Shown here: positions 15,435-23,036 of the stretch, piece by piece
Layout of the letters: each line of letters begins with the position of its first letter
Numbering within the stretch: the stretch's first letter is position 1
From: Candidatus Hadarchaeales archaeon
GTDB lineage: Archaea; Hadarchaeota; Hadarchaeia; Hadarchaeales; WYZ-LMO6
Assembly (NCBI GenBank): GCA_038851755.1
Contig: JAWCKR010000020.1
Location: 1-23,036 of the forward strand
Direction: 5' to 3'
Length of the DNA stretch: 23,036 nt
Made by a program: the position numbers and the translations under genes
The notes under the pieces: model-generated
Told to the model about the DNA's origin: nothing
The model's input: only the letters and a program-made list of their open reading frames with translations
The model's database searches: none

Positions 15435-16151
15435 ATGGAGGAATGGAGGTCCCTGGGAAGGGAGCTGGAGGAGAGGCTGAGGCCAGCCACTTACCCCCTT
15501 GCCGTGGCTTTCCTGAAGGGTGGTGAAGTGCCTGAGGGCGTCAGGAAACCGGAGGAGAAGCTCTCCTTCTGCCAGCTCCTCACCCTCTCTAGGACACACG
15601 GCTGGACCATGGGGCTGGGACCGGAGGAGAGCGGCTGTCCGGCCTTCAGCCTCGTGCTGGGTTGGCCAGCGGAGAGGGAGGTGATGCTGGAGTTCTTCCA
15701 GGCCGCTGGCTACGTGAGGGAAAGGGGGGCGGCGGAGGGCCTTTTGGAGGAGATGGAGGGGCTCAGACCTGAGGGAGTAGAGAGGGTGATCGTCTCTCCC
15801 CTCACCCGCACCAAGGTGGTCCCCGATGTGGTGGTGGTTTACGGCAACTCCGCCCAGATGATGAGGCTGATCCAGGGCGCGGTGTGCGAGCAGGGGAGGA
15901 GGATGGAGGTGAGGCTGGCCGGTTTGATGGGTTCCTGCGGGAGCGTGCTGAGGTCCTACAGGCAGGGGAAGTACGACCTGGCCATACCCGGAACGGGGGA
16001 CAGGGTCTTCGCGGCCACCCAGGAGAACGAAATAGTCTTCACCCTCCCTGCCCCCAAGCTTCGTTCACTGCTGGAGGGAATGAAGGAGCAGAGGCTGGTG
16101 AAGTATCCCCTCCCTCCCAGGCTCTTCCCCCCCTCCTTCCCAGGTGGTTAG
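15435..16151 (+). CDS. DUF169 family protein
   Basis: LR..TYPLAV, FCQ....R..G, C....LG, PDVVVVYGNSAQMMRL, G.GDR.FA...E motifs; RBS GAGGTGA upstream. Confidence 0.82.
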   Translation: MEEWRSLGRELEERLRPATYPLAVAFLKGGEVPEGVRKPEEKLSFCQLLTLSRTHGWTMGLGPEESGCPAFSLVLGWPAEREVMLEFFQAAGYVRERGAAEGLLEEMEGLRPEGVERVIVSPLTRTKVVPDVVVVYGNSAQMMRLIQGAVCEQGRRMEVRLAGLMGSCGSVLRSYRQGKYDLAIPGTGDRVFAATQENEIVFTLPAPKLRSLLEGMKEQRLVKYPLPPRLFPPSFPGG

Positions 16152-16152
16152 G

Positions 16153-16998
16153 ATGGAGCACTTCTTCGTGGAGACGAACGGGGTGAAACTGCACTGCGTG
16201 GGTGAGGGGAGGGGCAAGCTGGTCCTTCTCCTTCACGGGTTCCCCGAGTTCTGGTACTCCTGGAGGCACCAGCTCCCGGTGCTGGGCAGGCACTTCAGGG
16301 CAGTGGCTCCGGACCTGAGAGGGTACAACGAGAGCGACAGGCCGGAGGGGGAGGAGAACTACAGGCTGGAGGTGCTGGTGGAGGATGTGGCCGGACTGGT
16401 GAGGGAGCTGGGGGGAGGGAAGGGGGTGGTGGTGGGCCACGACTGGGGAGGGGTGATCGCCTGGGCCTTCGCCGCCCTGCATCCCGAGCTCACGGAGAAG
16501 CTGGTGGTGATGAACGCGCCCCACCCCTCCGTCATGGCGAGGAAGATCTCCACCCCGGAGCAGTCAAGGAAGAGCTGGTACATTTCCTTCTTCAGGAAGG
16601 AAGAGGCGCCGGAGGAGTTCCTGAGGGCGGATGGCTACGCGGTGCTGAAGGAGGTGCTGAGGAGCACGTCGGTCAAACCCGCCTTCACCGAGGAGGATCT
16701 GGAGAGGTTCGTGGAAGCCTGGTCCAAGCCGGGGGCCCTGAGGGCAGGGATCAACTACTACCGGGCCAACGGTCCGGAGAGCCGGGGAAGGGTGCTTCCT
16801 AAGGTGAGGGTACCCACCCTGGTGATATGGGGGAAGGAGGACGCCTTCCTGACCCTGGCGGTGAGCAGGGCGGACGAATACGTGGAGGGCCCCTACGAGG
16901 TGGTCTACCTGGAGGGCTGCGGCCACTGGGTTCAGAACGAGGAGCCTGAGCTGGTCAACCGCCTCCTGCTGGACTTTCTGATGGGGGGGAAAGGTTAG
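16153..16998 (+). CDS. Alpha/beta hydrolase, epoxide hydrolase-like
   Basis: LLHGFPEFWYSWRHQ, APDLRGYN.S, GHDWGG (Asp nucleophile), NYYRA, PTLVIWG..D, GHWVQ.E.P; alternative GTG start at 16144. Confidence 0.92.
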   Translation: MEHFFVETNGVKLHCVGEGRGKLVLLLHGFPEFWYSWRHQLPVLGRHFRAVAPDLRGYNESDRPEGEENYRLEVLVEDVAGLVRELGGGKGVVVGHDWGGVIAWAFAALHPELTEKLVVMNAPHPSVMARKISTPEQSRKSWYISFFRKEEAPEEFLRADGYAVLKEVLRSTSVKPAFTEEDLERFVEAWSKPGALRAGINYYRANGPESRGRVLPKVRVPTLVIWGKEDAFLTLAVSRADEYVEGPYEVVYLEGCGHWVQNEEPELVNRLLLDFLMGGKG

Positions 16999-17228
16999 AG
17001 CTCCACCACGATGGCCGTGTTGGTGTCCACCACTCCCTTCAGCCCGTGGATTCCCTTTATCACGGTGTTGCTCAGGGAGGCCAGGTCTTTGGTCTCCACG
17101 AAGGCGATGATGTCGTAGGGTCCTGTCACCACGTGTGCCGACTTGACGCCCGGCACCTTCTTCAGCTCCTTCATCACCGTCTGGACCTTCCCTATGGCCG
17201 CCGTGATGAGGACGTAGGCCAGCATCAT
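16995..17228 (-). CDS. Stand-alone Lrp/AsnC ligand-binding (RAM) domain protein
   Basis: AYVLI, V.SAHVVTGPYDIIA, I..L.GV..T.T; 77 aa, no HTH. Confidence 0.9.
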   Translation of the reverse strand: MMLAYVLITAAIGKVQTVMKELKKVPGVKSAHVVTGPYDIIAFVETKDLASLSNTVIKGIHGLKGVVDTNTAIVVEL

Positions 17229-17896
17229 CTTTTCTGGGTTTTCCCCCTTAAAGCCTTCACCCTGTAGAGCAGAAGCAGGTCCCTCCCCACCCTGGAGACC
17301 TTCCTGAGTTCAAGCTCTATCCCCTCCCTCACCCTCCCAAAGCCCTCCCCCCCCACGAGCGTCTTGGCTTCCGTCCCACCCACGATCCTGGGGGACACGG
17401 CCACCCTCACCTCGTCGACCAGACCCAGGGAGAGCATGTGCCAGTTGAGGGTGGATCCCCCTTCCAGCAGGACCTTCCTCACCCCCCTCCTGCCCAGCTC
17501 CTCCAGCAGGCCCGGGAGGTCCACCTCCTCCTCCCCCCCTTCCATCACTTCAGCCCCCCTCCTCCTGAGTTCTTCCACCCTGCGCTTCGGGGCCCTCCTG
17601 GAGACCACCACGAGCGTTTCAGAGGAGTCGTCCAGAACCCTCGCGGTGGGAGGAGTCCTGGCCCTCCCGTCTATCACCACCCTCAGGGGGTTCTTTCCCC
17701 TGGCCCTCCTCACGGTCAGGGAGGGATCGTCGGAAAGAACGGTGCCCGCTCCCACCATGATGGCATCCACCTCCGCCCTGAGCCTGTGCAGCCTGTCCAG
17801 GTCCTCTGGGCAGGAGATCCTGCTGTCCCCCTCCCTGGTGGCGATTTTCCCATCCAGGGTCATGGCTGCGTTCATGATGACGTAGGGGCGGCGCAT
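17225..17896 (-). CDS. arfC: 2,5-diamino-6-ribosylamino-4(3H)-pyrimidinone 5'-phosphate reductase (RibD C-terminal type)
   Basis: RPYVIMNAAMTLDGKIA, HRLRA..DAIMVG..TV..DDP.LTVR, LLEGG..L, LVDE; alternative start 17917. Confidence 0.92.
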   Translation of the reverse strand: MRRPYVIMNAAMTLDGKIATREGDSRISCPEDLDRLHRLRAEVDAIMVGAGTVLSDDPSLTVRRARGKNPLRVVIDGRARTPPTARVLDDSSETLVVVSRRAPKRRVEELRRRGAEVMEGGEEEVDLPGLLEELGRRGVRKVLLEGGSTLNWHMLSLGLVDEVRVAVSPRIVGGTEAKTLVGGEGFGRVREGIELELRKVSRVGRDLLLLYRVKALRGKTQKR

Positions 17897-17978
17897 CCAA
17901 ATCCCCCTTCTCTCCACGTTCTCTTAACTTCATCGAAAGCGTTCCCGTCAGGTTTATATCAGAGGTAGCCTCAGGGCA

Positions 17979-18230
17979 ATGATGCTGAGGCTCTCCAAGC
18001 TTCAGGGTCTCCGTATATACAACGACAAGGCGAAGTACGTGGGATCGGTCTGGGATGTCCTGCTCAACGACGAGGAGGGGAAGGTGGTGGGCCTGGCCCT
18101 GGGCAAGAAGGGCAACACCATCCTCTCCCTGCCTTTTTCTCAGGTTCTGGCCATAGGGGACATCGTGCTGGCGAGGAGTGGTTCCTCAGTCAAGGAGACC
18201 CCGAAGTCTCCCGAGTCCCCCGCCCCCTGA
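17979..18230 (+). CDS. Small PRC-barrel domain protein
   Basis: LSKL.G..IY.....YVG.V.DV......GKV..L...LPFS.V.AIGDIVL; TTTATAT box at 17953-17959. Confidence 0.87.
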   Translation: MMLRLSKLQGLRIYNDKAKYVGSVWDVLLNDEEGKVVGLALGKKGNTILSLPFSQVLAIGDIVLARSGSSVKETPKSPESPAP

Positions 18231-19287
18231 GGGGCAGGGGGATGACGGTCACCTCCACCCCGTCGAAGGTGGGGTAGCTTTCCACCCAGGAGAAGCTCAG
18301 GTCTTCCTCCAGCTCTGAAAGCTTCTCGGCTATTTCCGTGCTGGTCTCCAGCCTGCCCCTGCGGCGGTTTACGGACAGGAGTTCAGGGGGTATTCCGTAC
18401 TTCCTCATCAGCCTCCTCCTCTCCCCTTCCAGCTCGTTCGGGGACAAGCCCTCGATCACCCCCTTCACCAGCAGCCCGTCGGGGGTAAGGGCCTCGTAGG
18501 GCCTGGCCACCTTCCTGGCCCTCCTCCTCAGGCGGTTCCTGAGCTGCACCCCGTCCTTCAGTCGGCTGGGGCAGTAATGCAGGTTCAGGTCCGTGTTCTC
18601 CGAGGCCCACTCCAGCACCTTCAGGGCGAGTTCCTCGCTCCCCTTCACGGCCACCGAGTCAAGGGATTTCAACCTGAATCCCCTCTTTCTGAGCTCGAGG
18701 GAGTTGGTTTCCGAGAACTCCAGCTCGTTCAGGTTGACGAAGGAGCACCCCACCTTTTCCAGTTCTCCCAGCAACCTGCTGAGGACCCGAAAGCTTCCCG
18801 GGAGGGAGGGCAGCTCCACCCCGCAGTTCAGCCCCTCCTCCACCGCCTTTCGCACGGGTTCCGGGCTCCAGGTGTGAAGCCTTAGCTCGTCCAGGCCCTC
18901 CTCCCTCAACCTCCTGAGCCTCTCCCTGGACAGCTCCATGCAGTACAGGTGGACGTGGTGCTCAGGGCCCAGCCCCCGCTTCAGCGCCCTCAGGTACCGG
19001 AGGAGCCTCCTGAACCTCAGGGAGGGATCGCCCCCCGTGATGCCCGTGCCCAGTGCGTCCATGAGCTCAGCCTCCTCGAGGAGCTGGCGGGTGGACCGTA
19101 TGGGGCGCTCGTTGGCGTACACCACATCCTTCCCCCTCCTCTTGGAGGAGAGGGGGCAGTAGAAGCAGGAGCGCTGGCAGAGCCCCGTCAGGAAGAGCAC
19201 CAGCTTGGCTCCCCTGACACAGAGCCTGCACCCCTCCGGCATCTCCCCCACCACGAAGGAGCCGAACCGGTTCTTCTTCGGACCCAC
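18190..19287 (-). CDS. Conserved archaeal radical SAM protein
   Basis: GC.LC..GAKLVLF.TGLCQRSCFYCP (CxxxCxxC), ITGGDP, GLDELR.H, FVNLNELEFSETN, HYC...KD..QL. GTG 19287 is preferred over TTG 19314. Confidence 0.9.
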   Translation of the reverse strand: MGPKKNRFGSFVVGEMPEGCRLCVRGAKLVLFLTGLCQRSCFYCPLSSKRRGKDVVYANERPIRSTRQLLEEAELMDALGTGITGGDPSLRFRRLLRYLRALKRGLGPEHHVHLYCMELSRERLRRLREEGLDELRLHTWSPEPVRKAVEEGLNCGVELPSLPGSFRVLSRLLGELEKVGCSFVNLNELEFSETNSLELRKRGFRLKSLDSVAVKGSEELALKVLEWASENTDLNLHYCPSRLKDGVQLRNRLRRRARKVARPYEALTPDGLLVKGVIEGLSPNELEGERRRLMRKYGIPPELLSVNRRRGRLETSTEIAEKLSELEEDLSFSWVESYPTFDGVEVTVIPLPLRGRGTRETSGSP

Positions 19288-19330
19288 CTTCCCCCACCTT
19301 TTAAATCCCCGCAACTTTAGAAGGATTTGG

Positions 19331-19870
19331 ATGCCGGTCTCAGGGGTGGATATAGAGATTCAGAACATCGTCCTCTCCGTGGCTTACGAGGGGGTGACCT
19401 TTAACCTGGAGAGGCTGGCGAAGGTCCTGGACAACGCCAGGTACGACCCGGAGGTCTTTCCGGGGATAGCCTACAAGTCAGAGGATCCCCCCGCCTCCTT
19501 CCTGATCTTCTCCTCCGGGAAAATGAACTGCGTGGGTGCCAGGAGCATGAGGGATGCCAAGCTGGCCATCAGGAAGCTCACCCAGAAGCTGAAGAAGGCC
19601 GGGGCCAAGATAAAGTCCGAGCCCAAGGTCCAGGTGCAGAACATCGTGGCCTCCTTCGACTTCAAGAGGGAGTTCGACCTGGAGAGGATCTCCAGGACTT
19701 ACGAGAACACCGAGTACGAGCCCGAGGTCTTCCCTGGACTGGTCTTCCGACTGGAGAAGCCCAAGGCCGTGGTCCTCCTCTTCGTGTCGGGGAAGGGTGT
19801 CTGCGCGGGGGCCAAGACCATGAAGGACATAGAGGCCGCGGCCAGGACCATCACCAAAATCCTCAAGTAG
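19331..19870 (+). CDS. tbp: TATA-box-binding protein
   Basis: Two direct repeats: IQNIV...YDPEVFPG..Y...LIFSSGK..C.GA and VQNIVAS...YEPEVFPGLVFR...LLFVSGK.VC.GAK; TTTTAAA at 19299-19305. Confidence 0.97.
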   Translation: MPVSGVDIEIQNIVLSVAYEGVTFNLERLAKVLDNARYDPEVFPGIAYKSEDPPASFLIFSSGKMNCVGARSMRDAKLAIRKLTQKLKKAGAKIKSEPKVQVQNIVASFDFKREFDLERISRTYENTEYEPEVFPGLVFRLEKPKAVVLLFVSGKGVCAGAKTMKDIEAAARTITKILK

Positions 19871-19899
19871 AAGTTCCTCCCTCCCCCTAGCCAGAGAGG

Positions 19900-21153
19900 A
19901 TGGAGATCCACGTCAAGGGAGGAGGCGGCCTCTCGGGGGAGGCCAGGCTGCAGCCCTCGAAGCTCTACACCCAGTTCCTCTCCGTCCTCGCCTTCCTCTC
20001 GGAGGGCAAGGGCGTGGTGAGGAGGCCCCTGGTGGTGAGGGACACCCTCCCCCTCCTCAGGGAGCTGGAGAAGCTGGGGGCCACCCTCCAGAAGGGGGCC
20101 AGGGAGTGGACCATCTGGGGGGTGGGAGGGGAAATCCAGCCCAAGGGGAGCGTGCTGGAGGCCGGGAACTCCGGGACGCTCTTCGGTATGCTGGTCTCCC
20201 TCGCCGCCCTCTCCTCCAGAACCCTGGTGGTAACGGGGGACTCCCAGCTGCGCCAGCGCTCGATGGGGCCTCTTCTGAGGCTGATGAGGGATTTAGGGGG
20301 GGAGGTGAGCCCTTCAGGACCCAGGGGAACCCCTCCCTTCATCGTCTTCGGGAGAGGTCTGCGGGGAGGAAGGATGGGCAGGGTGGATCCGCCCGAGCTC
20401 TTCCCCCTCCTCCTCCTTGCCCCCTACACCGAGCAGGGGGTGGAGGTGGAGGTGTCCGGGGAGGGGGGGAGGATGGTGGAAATCCTGAGGAAGGCCGGGG
20501 CGAGGATCTCCGGGAGGGGGGAGAGGATCAGGATCTTGCCGGGGAAGCTCCGTTCCTCCCAGGTTTTCGCCGTCCCGCACAGCCTCCATTCCGCGACTCC
20601 TCTGCTGGTGGCCTCCCTCCTGACGGAATCCAAGCTCAGGCTGAGGGGGGAGGGTGAAGGGGAGGGGGAAGCCTCCCTCCAGCTCCTGCGCGAGATGGGG
20701 GCCAGGCTGAGGAAGGTCAGCGGGGGATGGGAGGTGAAGGGACCACAGAACCTCAGGGGGACCAAGCTGGATCTCTCCGGAAAGGCCGAGCTCTTCCCTT
20801 ATGCCGCCGTTTTGGCCTCCCTAGCGGAGGGCAGAACGGTTTTCAGCGGGCTCTCAAGGGCCAGGGAGATGAAGTCGGACAGGCTATCCCTCACGTTGGA
20901 GAACCTCCGGAGGATGGGGGCGAAGCTGAGGAGGGAGGGTGATGGAGTGCTGGTGGAGGGGGTGAGGAAGCTGAGGGGTGCGAGGGTGGGGGGAGGGAAC
21001 GATTACGCGGTGGTGGGGGCCTTTCTGGTGGCGGGGCTGGCCGCGGAGGGTGAGACCGTGGTGGTAGACGGCCCAAAGGCCCTGCGCACTTCTTACCCAG
21101 GTTTTCTCTCGGGGCTGAGGAGGCTTGGGGCGGAGGTGGAGGTCAGGGCTTAG
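19900..21153 (+). CDS. aroA: EPSP synthase (AroA)-fold protein, degenerate active site
   Basis: PSK, GNSGT, TGD.QLR.R.M.PL, A.LAEG.T, SDR, SYP.F motifs are present, but several catalytic residues appear replaced (see findings). Confidence 0.78.
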   Translation: MEIHVKGGGGLSGEARLQPSKLYTQFLSVLAFLSEGKGVVRRPLVVRDTLPLLRELEKLGATLQKGAREWTIWGVGGEIQPKGSVLEAGNSGTLFGMLVSLAALSSRTLVVTGDSQLRQRSMGPLLRLMRDLGGEVSPSGPRGTPPFIVFGRGLRGGRMGRVDPPELFPLLLLAPYTEQGVEVEVSGEGGRMVEILRKAGARISGRGERIRILPGKLRSSQVFAVPHSLHSATPLLVASLLTESKLRLRGEGEGEGEASLQLLREMGARLRKVSGGWEVKGPQNLRGTKLDLSGKAELFPYAAVLASLAEGRTVFSGLSRAREMKSDRLSLTLENLRRMGAKLRREGDGVLVEGVRKLRGARVGGGNDYAVVGAFLVAGLAAEGETVVVDGPKALRTSYPGFLSGLRRLGAEVEVRA

Positions 21154-21920
21154 AGTCCCGCCAGCGAGTGAATCAGGGCCCAATACAGATCTCCGTAGAG
21201 CAAGGCCGAAAGGAGCCCCGCTGCCAGTGAGGGGGCGAAGGGCATCCCCTTCTTCACCTTCAGATGGTTCCCCAGCCTCCCTTCCTCCACCAGCTTCCTG
21301 AGCCTCGCTATCTGGTGCCTGGTGAGGCCCGAAGCCCTTCTGGGATGGGTGAAGAACCTGTCCGCCCGGGGAGAGGGTTTTATGCCCAGCAGGGCTTCCT
21401 CTCTCAGGATTTTTCCTCCCCTCTCGTAGACGTACTCGGCGGGGATCATCCCCTCCTGCAGCTTTGTGATCCTGATCCTCTCGTAGAAAATGCTCCTACC
21501 CGTGAGGGAGCAGTAGAGGGCGTAGACCGCCAGCAGGGGTAGGGTGAGGAGCACGGTGTTGAAGAGGATGGTGAAGGGGAAGAGGGGCAGGTCGGAGGAG
21601 TAGGGTGGGCTGGCACGGGGGGGTGAGTAGGAGGGCAGAAGGGCCCCGAAGGCCGTGAGGAGCTTCACGTCCCCCCCAGCCCATCCCCCCAGGTACCACA
21701 GGAGGTAGGAAAGGGAGAAGGCCACGGTCGCACCCAGAGCCCCAGAGAGGGCGAGGTAGAGGTCACCCTCCCACGCCCCTGCGAGGAGGTGAAAGGAAAC
21801 CCCCACCAGCACCATGGGGAGGGTGAGGGCGTCGGGGATGATCCTGTTCTTGAACACATCGGTGTATACCGCCACCACCGCCGTGAGGACGGCCAGACCC
21901 GCGGGAAGGAACTCCAGCAC
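21150..21920 (-). CDS. Class III signal (prepilin/prearchaellin) peptidase, family A24
   Basis: YTD....IIPD and GGDVKL aspartate motifs, multiple TM helices, archaeal insert I.KL.EGMIP, C-terminal GMPFAP. Confidence 0.92.
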   Translation of the reverse strand: MLEFLPAGLAVLTAVVAVYTDVFKNRIIPDALTLPMVLVGVSFHLLAGAWEGDLYLALSGALGATVAFSLSYLLWYLGGWAGGDVKLLTAFGALLPSYSPPRASPPYSSDLPLFPFTILFNTVLLTLPLLAVYALYCSLTGRSIFYERIRITKLQEGMIPAEYVYERGGKILREEALLGIKPSPRADRFFTHPRRASGLTRHQIARLRKLVEEGRLGNHLKVKKGMPFAPSLAAGLLSALLYGDLYWALIHSLAGL

Positions 21921-22016
21921 TCCTTCTCTTCTTCACCACTTCATTTAACGGTTGCAGGACCCTCGGCCCCTGGCTCCCGGCGGTAGGATTAAAAGCCGCC
22001 CCTCTAAGGAGTAGGA

Positions 22017-23036
22017 ATGGTCACCCGCCGGAAGGTCAAGGTCAGGGACTGGAGACCCGTACTGGGCGCGGCGGTGGTTTTCTCCCTCATCGCCCTTGCG
22101 GCTTTTTCCGTGTACCTCTTTTTCTGGGCCAGACCGGCAGCGGAGGACCTCAGGGAAGCCAAGAGTTCCGCCCTGCAGCAGGTGGCCTCCGGTCTTGCGA
22201 AGGTCCCCACCGACCAGGCCAGGACCTCGGCCCAGGAGTTCTCCTCGAGGATCAGGAGGGCGCGCTCGGTGGGGGAGGTCGGGTCCATCCTGGTGGAGGT
22301 GAACGCGGCGCTCGTGAGGGAGAGGACCAGGGAGAACCTCCTGAAGCTGGTCCAGCTGGCCACGAACGGGACTTACCACTCCGCCTCCGATGTCTCCCTC
22401 CTCTCCTCCCTCGCCTCCGAGCTGAGGAGCCTGGTGAACTCCAAGACCACCCTCTCTGAGCTCCAGGCTGCAGAGGCGGAAATCGCCCAGAGGGCCACCT
22501 CGACCTGGAGGGAGTACCTGACGGGCCTCCTCTCCTCCATAGAGAACGAGAGGGTGATCATGAAGCACAATTCCCCCACCTCCTGGACCTACCTGCCCAA
22601 GGAGAACGCCAGGGAGCTGGTGCTCTCCCGGGACTGGACCTTCCTGCGGGAGCTCCACTTCGAGGGCACGGAGGAGCTGGAGGTACCCGTGCTGTCCACC
22701 CTTAAGGTTTCCCCCTCCGTGCTTCCGGGTTCGAGGGTGAACCTGTACGTCTGTGACCTCCAGACGGACAACCTTACCCTGCTGGTCGGAAACGCCACGG
22801 TGACTAGGGTGATGAGTTCGGATACAGACCTCAGGACCATCAACTGGAGCAGGACCGTGGGCACGGTCTCTTACTCCTACACCATGGATGTCTGGGAGAC
22901 CCTGAAGGCAGCTGCGGGAGGGTCCACCGATGCCGCGGCCCTGGACCTGGCAGGTTATGTTTCCAAGGTCCTCAGCTCCCTGCAGGGGGCCGGGGCGGGG
23001 GACTTGAGCCTGGAGATGGTGTACTTGGTGAGGGTC
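22017..23036 (+). CDS. DUF515-like membrane-anchored protein, probably type IV pilus-associated (3'-truncated)
   Basis: Absent from the ORF track because it has no stop in the window. Reads MVTRRKVKVRDWRPVLGAAVVFSLIALAAFSVYLFF (TM)...LREAK...PGSRVNLY...YSYTMDVWETLKAAAG, open for 340 codons and divergent from the A24 peptidase. Confidence 0.7.
   Translation, partial: MVTRRKVKVRDWRPVLGAAVVFSLIALAAFSVYLFFWARPAAEDLREAKSSALQQVASGLAKVPTDQARTSAQEFSSRIRRARSVGEVGSILVEVNAALVRERTRENLLKLVQLATNGTYHSASDVSLLSSLASELRSLVNSKTTLSELQAAEAEIAQRATSTWREYLTGLLSSIENERVIMKHNSPTSWTYLPKENARELVLSRDWTFLRELHFEGTEELEVPVLSTLKVSPSVLPGSRVNLYVCDLQTDNLTLLVGNATVTRVMSSDTDLRTINWSRTVGTVSYSYTMDVWETLKAAAGGSTDAAALDLAGYVSKVLSSLQGAGAGDLSLEMVYLVRV

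Noticed and set aside
21945-22864. Minus-strand ORFs 21945-22658, 22004-22363, 22373-22579, 22589-22864
   Set aside because: Antisense to the plus-strand ORF from 22017, which has a TM anchor and normal codon usage.

Overview
High-GC, purine-skewed archaeal DNA (TBP, archaeal tRNA-Gln, TATA boxes, GGTGA ribosome-binding sites), probably from a thermophile; a Hadarchaeia-like origin is inference only. The left ~15 kb looks like an anaerobic alkane-activation neighbourhood. It starts with the 3' half of a strongly divergent McrA-family (alkyl-CoM reductase-type) gene, followed by four SCP2-like lipid-carrier genes, an ADP-forming acyl-CoA synthetase alpha subunit, an unrecognised 490-aa protein and an aldehyde:ferredoxin oxidoreductase homolog with altered catalytic motifs. 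Next come an XRE regulator and two transporters (GltS-family and sulfonate-type ABC) that share an upstream DNA motif, then a Ni/Co ECF transporter with a NikR-like operator. Two tandem tRNA-Gln genes each carry an intron at the non-canonical D-loop position 15/16. The right part is mostly housekeeping: DUF169, alpha/beta hydrolase, Lrp ligand-binding domain, riboflavin-pathway reductase, PRC-barrel, radical SAM, TBP, a degenerate AroA-like protein, a prepilin peptidase and a partial DUF515-like gene. All family calls come from motif recognition by eye; no searches were run.
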